DNA of 64,000 nucleotides from Fonticula alba ATCC 38817 (lineage: Eukaryota > Protista > Nucleariida), in NCBI GenBank assembly GCA_000388065.2, contig KB932201.1; one strand, 5' to 3'. Positions 52,778 to 64,000 of this stretch are shown here, in pieces (within the stretch, counting starts at the first letter, position 1; every line of letters begins with the position of its first letter). The notes beneath the pieces were generated by a model. The model saw only the letters and a list, made by a program, of their open reading frames with translations. It was not told where the DNA came from and ran no database searches. Position numbers and translations under genes: made by a program.

Positions 52778-54474
52778 ATGCCGCCCAAGGCAGCTCCCCC
52801 CAAGTCCAAGAAGGTCACCGAGGACAAGGTATCCCCCCCTTTCCCCCAAGTTTCCCGCCCCTCCCCCCCCCCTCAGCGACTTCCACTTTCGATGGTGTGC
52901 GATGCCTAACCTCCCTGTGCCCCGCCAGACCTTCGGTCTCAAGAACAAGAACAAGTCCAAGAAGGTCGGCAAGTATGTCGATGAGGTGAAGCGCCAGCAG
53001 TCAGGCCAGCAGGGTCCTCGCGTTGACCCGCTTGCCGCCCGTGCCGTACGTGGTCGTTCCCTTCGTCCCCCGTTAGCGATGCACTTCCTCCGACTGCTCA
53101 TCCCGTTGTCCACCTGCCATCTAACGCTTCCCTCGGTCAATGCTACGCTGCTTTTGGCGGATTTCCCTCCGTCATCTCTCTCTCCCTCTGTCTGTCTGTC
53201 TCGCCTCCCTCTTGTTCCTCCAGGCCCGCAAGGAGGAGGAGGCCGCTCGTAAGGCCGAGCTGGCCCTGCTCTACCGCCCTGCCGCCACCGCGCAGAAGGT
53301 TACTCCCGGTGCGCTTGCCCTTCTGTCCCTCCTGCCCTCCGCCGGGCGCTTTCCCGACTAACCTCCGCTCATTTGGTGTTCCTCCTGCATGAATGGTCCC
53401 TGCCGTGCTCTCCCGCAGGTGTCGACCCGAAGTCCATCCTGTGTGAGTTCTTCAAGGCCGGCACCTGCCAGAAGGGCAACAAGTGCAAGTTCTCCCACGA
53501 CATCGCTGTCGAGCGCCGCAGCGAGAAGATCGATCTCTACAACGACCCGCGCAAGGAGGAGCAGTGTGCGTCTTCTCTCCTCCCCTTTCCCCGTCCCCCC
53601 CCCCGATCCCCAGCCACTTCTCTTGATCCCCCCCCCCCGGTCCAAGTGTACTCACCCTTCGGCTGTCTTCCTCTGATCGCACTTGCCCTGCCATCTCATC
53701 TGCTTCTTTCCTTCCCTCCTCTTCCCTTCTCTCCAGCCACCATGGAGTCTTGGGATCAGGCTACCCTGGAGGAGGTGGTCCAGAAGAAGCAGGCCGGCCA
53801 GAAGGTCGCCACCGACATTGTGCGCGCCCCTCCACTCGATTGCTTTTTTTCCCCTCCCCCTTGCTTTCTCCCAATCCTCCTCCCTGCTGGCTGCTACTGC
53901 GCTGCTGCCACCCCGCCAGCTCCTCATGCTAACCGCGCCATCTGGCGTCCCACAGATCTGCAAGTACTTCCTTGATGCGGTCGAGAAGTCCCAGTACGGT
54001 TGGTTCTGGGAGTGCCCGAATGGCTCGACCTGCCACTACCGCCATGCCCTGCCGCCGGGCTTCGTTCTGAAGAAGGACCGTGTCAAGGAGAAGGCCTCCA
54101 CCGAGGAGTTCTCCCTGGAGGATTGGATCGAGACCGAGCGCGGGAAGCTGGACCACTCCAAGCTGACTCCGGTGACCAAGGAGAGCTTCGAGGCTTGGAA
54201 GATCGCGCGCATTGCGAAGCGCACCTCCGAGGAGAAGAAGTCTCGCGACCAGAAGGAGGCGTCCGTTCGGGCGGGCCGCATGGCCGGTCTCTCCGGTCGC
54301 GATCTCTTCTCCTTCCGCCCTGATCTCTTCGTGGATGATGACGACGCCGCCGATGATGATGTCTACGCCGATCGTGCCTCCGACGATGAGGGTGAGACTG
54401 ATGCCGCTCTGGCCAGCGCCGCTGACGCCCTGGCTGATGTGGACCTTGGCGACCTGCCCTCCGACGAGGAGTAG
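52778..54474 (+). CDS. ZC3H15: Zinc-finger CCCH protein ZC3H15/Tma46 (DFRP1, DRG1 partner)
   Basis: EDK|[98 protein letters not shown]; multiple GT-AG introns. Confidence 0.96.
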
Positions 54475-54886
54475 ACACCACGAGCTGGTGACACTGTTCT
54501 CCGTTCGCGGATTTCCGTGGCCGTCTTGTGTATTATGGGTGTCTCTTTTTTTTTCTCCCCTCTTGTGTTTGTGTATGTACTTGTGCATGCTGGCCCCTTT
54601 TTCGTGTGGCGGCTGGTGTGCGCTTGTGGGCGCGCCACCCCAGTGGTGGGTCCTCGCGCCACACATGCACCCCCCCCCCCTCTTCCTCTCGGCCGGCCAG
54701 CCGGCCAGTTCTTCAAATCGGCCCCAAGACCCGGGAGAGGCCTTCCCCTCGGCTGGGGAGGCGCCTCTCCCCCTTGGGACTGGGCTCGGGGTGGAGAGGC
54801 GGTGCACACGTGTACTCCCTTCCCGTGTAGTGGAATCCCCATGTAAACGATAGATGAAGCAACACGTGAGTGAATTGCCACACGTG

Positions 54887-55213
54887 TTACATCGTGGGAA
54901 AGATAGCATCCCAGAACAGCATTCCTCGGAGAGGAATGCGGGGTAGAACAACAGCCAGGTGGCCGCCGAGGCCGAGCGGCATAAACGCTCGACCGAGGAC
55001 GGAGATACGCGGGTGGGCGGGCCCAGCCGCGGGGTTCTCAGTTCCAACCCCTGACCGAGCCCAAAGGTCAAAAAGGGGGACTCTCGTTGAGAGCCTCCTG
55101 AGAGCGAAAGCCTTAGCAGCTGTGTGTCGAAGAGTATACGGAAGTATAGCCGAAGCACCAGTTAGGCCGACGAACACCTGTTCTAAGGCTTCCTCTCGAA
55201 CCCTTTTTAACAT
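54887..55213 (-). mobile_element. Possible degenerate tyrosine-recombinase fragment (box II-like)
   Basis: Lower-GC island; translation EEALEQVFVGLTGASAILPYTLRHTAAKAFAL resembles the xLRHxxA box; stops in upstream frame, no clear in-frame catalytic Tyr. Confidence 0.3.
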
Positions 55214-55872
55214 CCGAGTTCCTTTCTATTTTCGCTTGCCACTAACTCGTCTCAAGCCGAGTTACTGACTCATCTGGTAACAGACGACCGTGAACCGCTG
55301 GTTGGTATGTCCCCTCCTTCATGCCAAGAGGTTACTAACCAGGTGGCAGATCACACTGGTACCCTTCGTCAAGCCTCACTCACTTGACTTAGGCTTAACC
55401 CGTGTGAACCCTGCTACATCCCGCCTTTGCATGGGGATGTCGGGGCTGGCACTATGCCTCTCTTTATCGCTAGCTCTCCCCTCCTCCCCGCCCGCCAATC
55501 CGCATGAATGCATGCGTAGGTGTGTATACTTTCATATATATATTTATATACTCCATCTTTCCCTTCGTGTCGTGTGTCCCCCCCCCCCCACCGCATCTCG
55601 TTTTCCTCTCTTGTGTCCCGTGCTGCTTCCCTCGATGGATGGCTCGCTCCCTTGGCGCCCCAATGCACTTGCAAATATCCGGGTCACCCTGGCATATGAG
55701 CAAGCATACTACTTTCGCCCTTCTGTCTTTGCTCATTTCCTGCCCTCGCATCGTGCCGGAGGGTGCCATTGTGGTGGTGGTCGTAGTGGCGGTGGTTCAG
55801 GCGTTTTTTTTTCCCGGGTCTGCTTTTGGTGGCTGTTTCTATTGCAAGGCGGGTGTGTCAATCTTGCGGGGG

Positions 55873-56797
55873 TCAGGTCGACCGATCGCCACGGGCGGTC
55901 TCCGGGGCAGTGGTGGCAGTGGTGTCGGCCGTCGTCACAGCGCTGGCCACCTCCGGGCCATGCTTCGAAATGAGATGCCGGGTGCAGACCGCACGAACAA
56001 GAGCAAAGGGCAGGTGCGCCCAGCGGCCCCAGTGATTGTTGATGCCCCAGACGGCCGCCGGGAATTGGGGTGACGAGATTCCGGAGAAAATCATGGCCAC
56101 GGAATGGGCGATCCGATCGATGACATCCTGCGGCAAGAAGGCAGGGGCCTCTGGGTTGACTTGGGCATGTTCCTCCTTCACGACAGCCGGCATGGAGAGG
56201 ATCGATCTATGAAAAGAGAGGCAGGGATGGGAGCAGCCATCCGCCAATGGACCCACCCATGCACGTGAGGGGGCGGGGGAGGGGGAGCAAGGGGCAGCGC
56301 CACAGAGGATGCGGGGGTGAGAGTCCGTTATGGTGGCGTTGAGGCGAAAGGAGGAGGAAAAAAAAAGAAGGAAGCAGCAAGGGGGGAAAGAAGGAGGAGG
56401 AAGAGGTGAGAAGTCAGGATTGGGCATACTTCAGATGAGTGGTGATGAACACTCGAACATCGAGCCAGAGCAGCACTCGATCCCGCTTGGACAGTTGCTG
56501 CAGCATCTCTTCCTCGGATTGGGGATCGCCAGGATCCGGAGATGGGCCGGAGGAGAAGAAGTAGGCATCATCATTCGCATCATCATCGAAGGGGATACCG
56601 CCGATGTTCTTCCCGGTGATCAAGTGCGACCAAGGCATCTGAGCAATGGCATCCTCAAGGGCCGTCTCTGTCGCATGGCCATTGAGGAGCATGGTGACAT
56701 TGAAGGACTCCCGATCAGTCGAGGGGCCACTGCGATATCCGGCGAAGGTAGCCAGCTCAGCCATCTACCATGCGGGTGGATAAGTCGGTAGTTGGTG

Positions 56798-56851
<54 letters not shown>

Positions 56852-59570
56852 GGTGAAAGGGAGGGGAAGTAGGAGAGCAGAGCATGTGGCAGCGGAGAAA
56901 AACCCCGGGAGACGCGGCAAAAGAGAAGTGCAAGCGGAATCAGCGAGGAGGATTGCCCCTGCCCCCTCTCATCCCATGCCCAGAGAGGCGTCCAGATGAA
57001 AGACGCACCACTTGTGCCTGTCGTGACAGCCGGGCATCCAACGCGTCAAAGGCAAAGGTCAGCCGCTCAACGGCGGGCTCCTCTTCACCGGGAGCGCCTG
57101 GGGTGGGGATTTGTCGGGAGGCCAGGCGCACCATGACACACGGCTCCGAAATGGTCAACACACGAGCCACAATGGGGTCCGCGCGTGGGTCGGTCGGAGG
57201 CCGAGGGGCTCGGGCACCGCGCGCCAACCTCGGCGGCTGCACAACGCCCAGGCTCGTAAGTTGAGCCAACTGGCTGAGGACGGCTGAGAGCCCGCTTGGC
57301 AGGCCGGCGACTGCCTGTCGAGCGTCAGCTTCTTGCGGCTGATCGGCGCCACCGCCGGCGCCAAGTAGGCACTGGCGTAGAGCCATGGAGCCGGCCGTGC
57401 AGGGAAGCCCCTCTGGGAAGTGCGTGGCGAGGAACTCCGCCAGGACCCAAGTGTCCACAGTCAACAGGAATTGCAAATCCGACATGCCGGTATCCAGGGG
57501 ATCGGAGCTGCCCTCGGGTTCCGGGTCAGGGTCGGTCGCGGCGCGGATCTTCGTTCGACGACGGGCGCCAGCCGATCGGCGCTGGCCGGATGCCATGCGC
57601 CGAACAAGGAGGCCGGGCAGCGGAGCAAATAGCAAACCCACAGCAAGCCCGGCTGCTGGGTGTTCGCGTCCGATGCCGGCTTCCAAACCGGCCAGGATCC
57701 CCGGGGCGAAGGTATTCTCGGCGAAGATGCGCCATGCCAGCAGATCAGCCGGCTGGTCGATCGGCCGGCCGGATGAATTGCGCGTAAGGTGTTCTCCAAG
57801 TGTGGCCAGCTCGGGGCCCGACGCGCGCAGACGCAGCAAGGCCGGTACCGCCAGACGCCGGAGCTGCCCGGGATCGCGCACCAGGAAAGTCACTCGCCGG
57901 GGAACCCAAGGAGCGGTCCGAGTCCCGGCACTCGGGCCAGCAAGGGACCCGGCCGCTGCGAGCAAATAGTCCAGGGCATACGAATCCACATTGAGGGTGT
58001 GCTGCAAAGCGGCGGTGGGTGCCAGTAGAACCGGCCTGCTCCCCGGCACGTGAAGTACTCGACTGCCGGGGGCCAATGCCTCGCCCAAAGGCCCGGCTGT
58101 GGCATCGCCAAGCAGCGTGCACACATGGGCGAGTGTTTCCTCGCGGAAGCGCGACGAGTGAAAGCGTCCTTGGGAGAAGCGGGCAATTTGGCTGGCCGTC
58201 TTACGGAGGGTGGCCATGGCATCGGCCGCGGCTTCTGGCAGGAGCAGCAGCGTCCCGACGCCGTCGGGGTCCAGCAAATGCGCCGCATCCAACACCAGGC
58301 GATCGGGCGAGGGGGGGGCATTAAGATAGATGATCGCACGGAAGGCGCCTCGCCGGCGCTGGCGGCCCAACTGGGCGCTCATGTTGAGGCTGGTTTGGGG
58401 GGTGGAGATGACCACATTGACAAGGCCGTTGCGAATGGATGTCTATGCAGTAGTGGTAGATGGCGGACAAGGGGCAAGGGGGGGGGGGGGGGGGGGGGAG
58501 GGAGAATCAGAGCACAATATGGTCAGTCGGTGACCGAGGCCGACGGGAGGATGGTTGGTACAGATGGCGGAAGGGGGTGGCGGCGGACGTACGGCGAGGC
58601 GAGCCCGTTCATCCAGGCTCATGCCAGCATGAAGGGACACACAGTGGCCAGCACGGCGCCGGTTGCGAAGCAGCTCAGCCAGCGAGTCAGCGGTTTCACG
58701 ACGCTCACAAAGGACCAGCACCGGAGCCGAAGCAGGCGCCCCGGGAGCCGGGAGGCCGGGGGCCGGGGCCAGCTCGGGCAAGTTGCTCAGCTGCCCAGCG
58801 TCCAGGGAGTATTTGACCCCGAGCTCGGGATGTGGCAGCACCAGAAGGTCCAGGAGGAAGGCATTCCTTCGGGCGGTGGTGGTCATTTGGTGAGCGGGCA
58901 TGGGGGAGGATGGCGGGGCGGACGCCTTGTTACGCACTGATTTGAGCAAGCATGCGCGGTGAGGGTCACATTGTTGGGCAGGGCCGGGCAGGGGAACACC
59001 TGGGGGGGAGTCTGCCCCGGGTTCGAGCACATGGTCCGGGCGGTCCACTCAAGCGAAGCCCGGCCAAGAGGCAGGGATGCTGACAGGATGGTGGCCGAGT
59101 CCAGGCGAACTGGCCCCAGGTGGATGCCAGATCGCAGGCTGGTCACGGCGCGCAGGAATTCCGGTCTGTGTCGTGGTGTCAGGGAAGATGGAGGGAGGCA
59201 TGTGTGTGTGTGTGTGCGGGTGGGGGGGGGGGGGGGGAGAAATGGGTGGCGGAGGAAATGGCGGGCACAGAAAAGTGGGCAGCATACTTGAAAGTGGCGG
59301 ACAGCGGGTGAGCATGCTCACTGCCGGCAAGATACACGAAGGAGGCTTCGGGGAAAAGCCCGTTTCGGCCGGTCTCTCGAGCATGTGCCGCCAGGGTGCG
59401 GTCATGATGCAGGTGTCCGGCCATGTCTGCGGACCATGCCAGAAGAGGGCTATTGACACGGAGAGCCGAGAGAACAACCACATCAACCGAGCGTTCAAGC
59501 AGGCGGGCCAAGAGCCCGGGCTACGGGTATGTGTGCGCGTGAAGTGAAGGGAGAGAGAGGGTGAGACAGA

Positions 59571-59601
<31 letters not shown>

Positions 59602-61363
59602 GGGAAGGAGGCAACACGACAATCAGCATGGGGCATTCAGGACGACGATGCACGGAGGAGGGGAGGGGGCGGGGGGGTGCCATCACACGCACGGTGTCTG
59701 GAGATCCGGGGGTGAGCACACTCAGGCCAAGCTGGCGCAGGGCGCTGGCCTCTTGCTCGGCGGCTGGGTCGTCTGGAACGACGATAATGGACAATGGCCG
59801 TGGCGCGCCGGTGGCCGCGCCAAGCTCGAGGCACCGAGACCGAAGCAGCAGGCAAGCAAGTCGCGCGGCCCGAGTTAGCTGGTCCAGTCGCTGGACTGTG
59901 TGGAGCAGGGCGCCCGCCCGGGCCCCATTAAACAAGGCCTCCAGGCAGGCCATCTCGGCTGGCAGTATGCGAAGAAAGGCAAAGTGTTAGCCTCCGAACG
60001 GACCCCCCCCCCCCCTTCCCCCCGAATCGCGAGCAGGCACACGGGCGCACAGCCAAGCAGGGGATCCTCGCCCAAGAGACCGGCCTCGCGAAGTACATTC
60101 AGGGCAGCCTGCATCTCGCCATCTCGGAGTGGGCCCTGACGCTGGCGCAGGTGGCTTTGAGCCTCAGGGACTGTCAGCCGACTCAGGGGAGCCAGCTCGA
60201 ACATGGCAGCCGAGGCTAAAAGTTACACAGGGCGAAGGGGTGCATGTTAGCATGGCGCACGGCCACTCGACTTGCCAAGTGGTCGAGCAGGACACATCAG
60301 CAGGGAGGGAGAAAGGGAGAGAGAGAGAGAGAAGGAAAGAAAGAGAGAGGGAGAGAGCGAAGGGGCCGCGGAGGGGAAGAGGGGGCATACCATCAGCGAT
60401 GTCCATCCACTCGGACAGGTCTGCCTCAGTGCCGGAGCCAAACCCCCGGCGGAGGCCGGCCGGCGCATCGGGGTCCGCCTCCGAGGCGTGGGACTCCTCG
60501 ATGTCGTCCTCATTTTCGATCTCAGCATCAAAATGTAGATCGGACTCGCTGGATGTCGGGGCACGGCGATCGTGCCTGGAGTTTGTTTTTTTGTTTTTTT
60601 TTCATCCGCCCGCCCCCAAACAAAGACATTAGCAGGAGGCAAGAGCGCGAGGTAAGATGCCGGAGGGCATATCACAGCAGGGAAGGACATACCAACCAGA
60701 GGCCGGGCCTCCGGAAAAGCGCCCACCGCGAGCTGATCGACCGCCAAATCCGCGACCACGCTTGGAGAGGTTGAGGCGCTTGAAGTTTGCGGCTGGGCGT
60801 TTGGAGGCCAGGGACCCGAGGACCTCGCTGGTCGGCGACCGGGGAGCAAGATCTGGCGCACAGGCGGCCGAACGTGCTGTCGGGGCACCATCGCAGGATG
60901 TGCCCTGCTTCGGGAGGCCCGAGCCTGACGCAGGGCTGGCAACACTCGACACTTGGCGATTGAGCCCGAGACTCGTTTGTTGTGCACTAAACAGAAGATT
61001 GTCGGTGGGAAGTGCGGGAGTCGGGGTGGGATCGCGCAAGCCCGCCGATGGTGGCCCCGCTGCGCGGGCTGTTTCGACAAGGCTACGCTGGAGGGAGGAC
61101 ACCGAATCCATGTCAGCCCGAGGGCCAGTTGAAGCCGACTGGAGGGCAGGCACGGACGGGTTCTTTTTGACCAGCCCGCTGCCGGACGCCAGAGATGACG
61201 GCCGACGGAAGTCCCATGACGTGGTACTGTGTGAAAGCGAGGCCGAGCCGGTACTGCCTGACCGGCCTAGACCCATGGTCGTGGCCATTATTGGGAGCCG
61301 GGATCGGGCTAAACCGGCGGCCAAGGGGGGCGGCTGCCCGCCCTTGTTCGGCAGGCCAGACAT
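55873..61363 (-). CDS. RECQL4: RECQL4-like protein with degenerate helicase motifs (probable pseudohelicase); 5' end uncertain (gap 61492-61562)
   Basis: In-phase exons give, in RECQL4 order: ANFKRLNL; EMACLEALFNG; SIIVVP; FKPEFLR; LPNNVTLT; VLCERRETADSLAELLR; LHAGMSLDERARL; NGLVNVVIST; FRAIIYLNAPPS; and C-terminal DVRVFI..HSVAMIFSGISSPQFPAAVWG..HWGRWAHLPF (cf. recalled human [31 protein letters not shown]). Confidence 0.85.
56802..56851. repeat. (TG)n microsatellite in an intron of the RECQL4-like gene
   Basis: About 25 TG units read directly from sequence. Confidence 0.9.
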
Positions 61364-62315
61364 TTGACTCCAAGCCAGGGGAAAGGACAGCAAGGGGGGG
61401 GGGGAGGGGGCAAGCGAAGGAGACAGGCGAAGGAGACAAGGGAAGGGGAGAGGAGGCGGAGACAGGGGCGTAGCCTGGGTCGTGGAGGGGGNNNNNNNNN
61501 NNNNNNNNNNNNNNNNNNNNNNNNNNNNNNNNNNNNNNNNNNNNNNNNNNNNNNNNNNNNNNCCGAGATCGCATCATGCCCCCGGGTCTTTGCCAGACGG
61601 AGTCCCTTGCCGGCGCCAGATCGTGACGGGCGAGGGGGGGGGGAGCTGGGAGGGAATTCAAAATCGAACGGTCTTGCGGTCTCGTGATGCGAGGTCTCGG
61701 TAGCTAATCCGATCGCGTCGGTGCTGTTGGATGGCCATTGTGATGGACTTGCGATAGAATGGCCACCGGGGCGGGTGTCATTGCGCTCTTCTGCGCCCCG
61801 GGCGGGCGGGGGGAGGACGCCGGGGCAAAAGTGCGAACAAGCAAAGAAGGAGGCACGGCGGCAGACGAAGGGAGGACCGGGGGGACAAAAGAGGGACCAA
61901 CCTCTGGGTCGCCTCACAACACCTCCCCCGGGAGTCCCTGGCACAAGAGAGTGAGAGAAAGAGAGAGAGAGAAACGATGTCGGTGTAGATTGGCAGGAGC
62001 GCGTGTGCATGTGTATTGACTTTCCTTCGCGCGGACAGATGCGCGTGCTCGCACGATTCTCCTCTCCAACTCACCGGCTCTGCGCGCCGCCAGCCTTTTC
62101 TCTTTCGGGATGGGGCGGGGGAGAGACAAGGGGTGCGGCCACAAAGAAGGACACAGGTGGCCCTCCTCGTTGCGCGGGCGAGACTACAGAGGGCAAAAGG
62201 GCGAGCCAGCTCAGTGAGTACACATGCGAAGGCACAGGGGGAAGGAGGGAGGGGAAGTAATGCAGGAGCGGGAGAATCATCACGACCTCCCTCCCCTCCC
62301 CCCCAGAGGAACAGC

Positions 62316-62350
<35 letters not shown>

Positions 62351-62542
62351 GAGGCGTGCAACCTGCGCAGTCGCGAAGAAGCCGCAGCACATGGGGGACA
62401 CGCGCATGCACAGACGCGCCATCGCGCGGGTTTGCCTCGCCTCGCTCCTCCTCCTCCTTCGCCGTCACTACTGTCCCCGCTCGCGCCCCTCGCTCCCCTC
62501 ACGCCTCGCGTCTGGACCAGCGGCGGCCTGGGCTCCTGCTGC

Positions 62543-64000
62543 TTAGAGGGTGTACAGGCGATGGTCGACGACGGCCGGCATGGGCTCCAGGGTGGTGGAC
62601 AGCTCCTCCTGGATCTTCATGAGATTCGGCATGTCATGCGGGGTGACCAGGTTGACGGCAAGGCCCAGATGGCCGAAGCGACCAGACCGGCCAATCCGAT
62701 GGAGGTAGGTCTCGGCGGTGGACGGGAAGTCGTAGTTGATGACAACATTGACCGACTGGACATCAACACCACGGGTGAGCAGGTCGGAGCACACCAAGTT
62801 TCGGAACTTGTTCTCGCGGAAGTCGTTGAAGATGCGGTTCCGATCCTCCTGGAGCATCTTCGAATGGATGAAGTAGCAAGACAGGCCGAGCTGGGTGATC
62901 TGCTGGGCCAGATTCTCCACGCGGGTGTGGCTCCGGCAGAAGATAATCGACTGGTTGATGCGAAGCTTGGTGAAGAGGCTGTACAGGCACTGGAGCTTGT
63001 CGCGCTCCTGCATGTAGGCATAGTACTGGGTCACACCGCGCAGGGTCAGATCATCCATGAGGTTGATCATGCTGGGCTTGTGCATGGCCGCCGTGACGAA
63101 GTCCTGCACCGACACCGGGTAGGTGGCCGAGTAGAGCAGGAGCTGCGGCTTCTCCGGGAAGAGAGTCAGCAGCTGCTGGATGGCCGGCAGGAAGTCCTGG
63201 GAAAGGAGCTTGTCGGCCTCATCGAGGACAAACATGCGGCAGGCATTGAGCGACACCCGCTGGCGGTTGAAGAGGTCCAGCATGCGGCCGGGGGTGGAGA
63301 CAATGATGTGCACCGGGCGCTTGAGGCGGATCAGATCGTCACGATAGTCGCTGCCACCGAAGGAGGTCATCAGCTCGACGGCCGGCTTGAAGTGGCGCGA
63401 GAGCTCCTTGCAAACGTTGCCAGTCTGCAGGGCCAGCTCGCGGGTCGGGACAAGGATGATGGCTGGGTGGGGTGGGGTGAGGTGGGGGGGGGTGAGGGGG
63501 GGGGGGAGGGAGGGGGGATGGTGGCGATCATGGAAGGACTGTAAGCGGGCAAGGAAGGGAAATGCATGGGCCGGCCCCGGTCCCCTGCTCAGGGGCGAGG
63601 GGTTGTTCCCGAAGCAAGGGCAAGGGAGCAGCAAAGGAAAGCCCCCTCCCCGGCCAATGTGTGCGCACCCTGGAGGTGGTTCGACCGGGTGTCCAGACGC
63701 TCGAGCACCGGAATCAGATAGGCACAGGTCTTGCCGGTTCCGTTCTTGGCACGAGCAATGATATCCTTGCCGGCGATGGCAATCTGGATGGACTCCTCCT
63801 GAATGGGAGAGGGCTTCTCAAAGCCCATGGTGTGCAGGCCGAGCAGGAGCTCCTTCTTCAGGTCGAAGTCCGAGAAGTCCAGGCACCGGGTCCGGGTGAC
63901 GTCCTCGGTCTTAAGGCGCGTGTCGACCGGGGGCCGGGGGATGTTGGAGAAGTCGTCCGGGATGTTGGGGCCGCTGAGGTCCAGCTTCTTGAGCGAGTCG
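62543..64000 (-). CDS. DDX6: DEAD-box helicase DDX6/Dhh1, 5'-partial
   Basis: [88 protein letters not shown]; intron 63668-63463; runs off the window end. Confidence 0.98.

Noticed and set aside
55070-55086. Minus-strand GAGAGTCCCC resembling RNase MRP CR-I; nearby CTGAGAG..GAAA resembling a hammerhead core
   Set aside because: No convincing CR-V partner and the CUGANGA consensus is not met; needs a covariance-model search.

Overview
Eukaryotic, GC-rich, intron-containing genomic DNA from a draft assembly (8 N-gaps, long poly-C/poly-G tracts, GA/GT microsatellites, GTGCGT/GTACGT/GTATGT donors, C-rich acceptors). Gene content and style suggest a unicellular opisthokont such as Fonticula alba (inference, not verified). 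I reconstructed 13 spliced or single-exon genes by hand: a SAPS/PP6 regulatory subunit, a BRCA1/BARD1-like RING-NZF-BRCT-BRCT protein, RPL7A, ubiquitin-RPS27A, AHA1, an Ariadne RBR E3, a divergent GPATCH1, two orphan proteins, RPL18A, SEC31, ZC3H15/TMA46, a RECQL4-like protein and 5'-partial DDX6/DHH1. The strongest novelty candidate is the RECQL4-like gene (55.9-61.4 kb): collinear with RECQL4 from an Sld2-like motif to the C-terminal domain, yet the Q motif, Walker A, DEAH box and motifs V and VI are all degenerate, i.e. a probable pseudohelicase. Other leads: an NZF zinc finger in the BRCA1/BARD1-like protein, a coding-like island inside one of its introns, a ~409-aa insertion splitting the Ariadne domain, a tail-anchored orphan with a LIR motif, a multi-SIM orphan, and weak tyrosine-recombinase-like remnants. 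An Illumina adapter and artefactual duplications sit in RPL18A intron 1. No tRNA, rRNA or CRISPR could be supported. All homology calls are by eye against family motifs recalled from memory; no searches were run.
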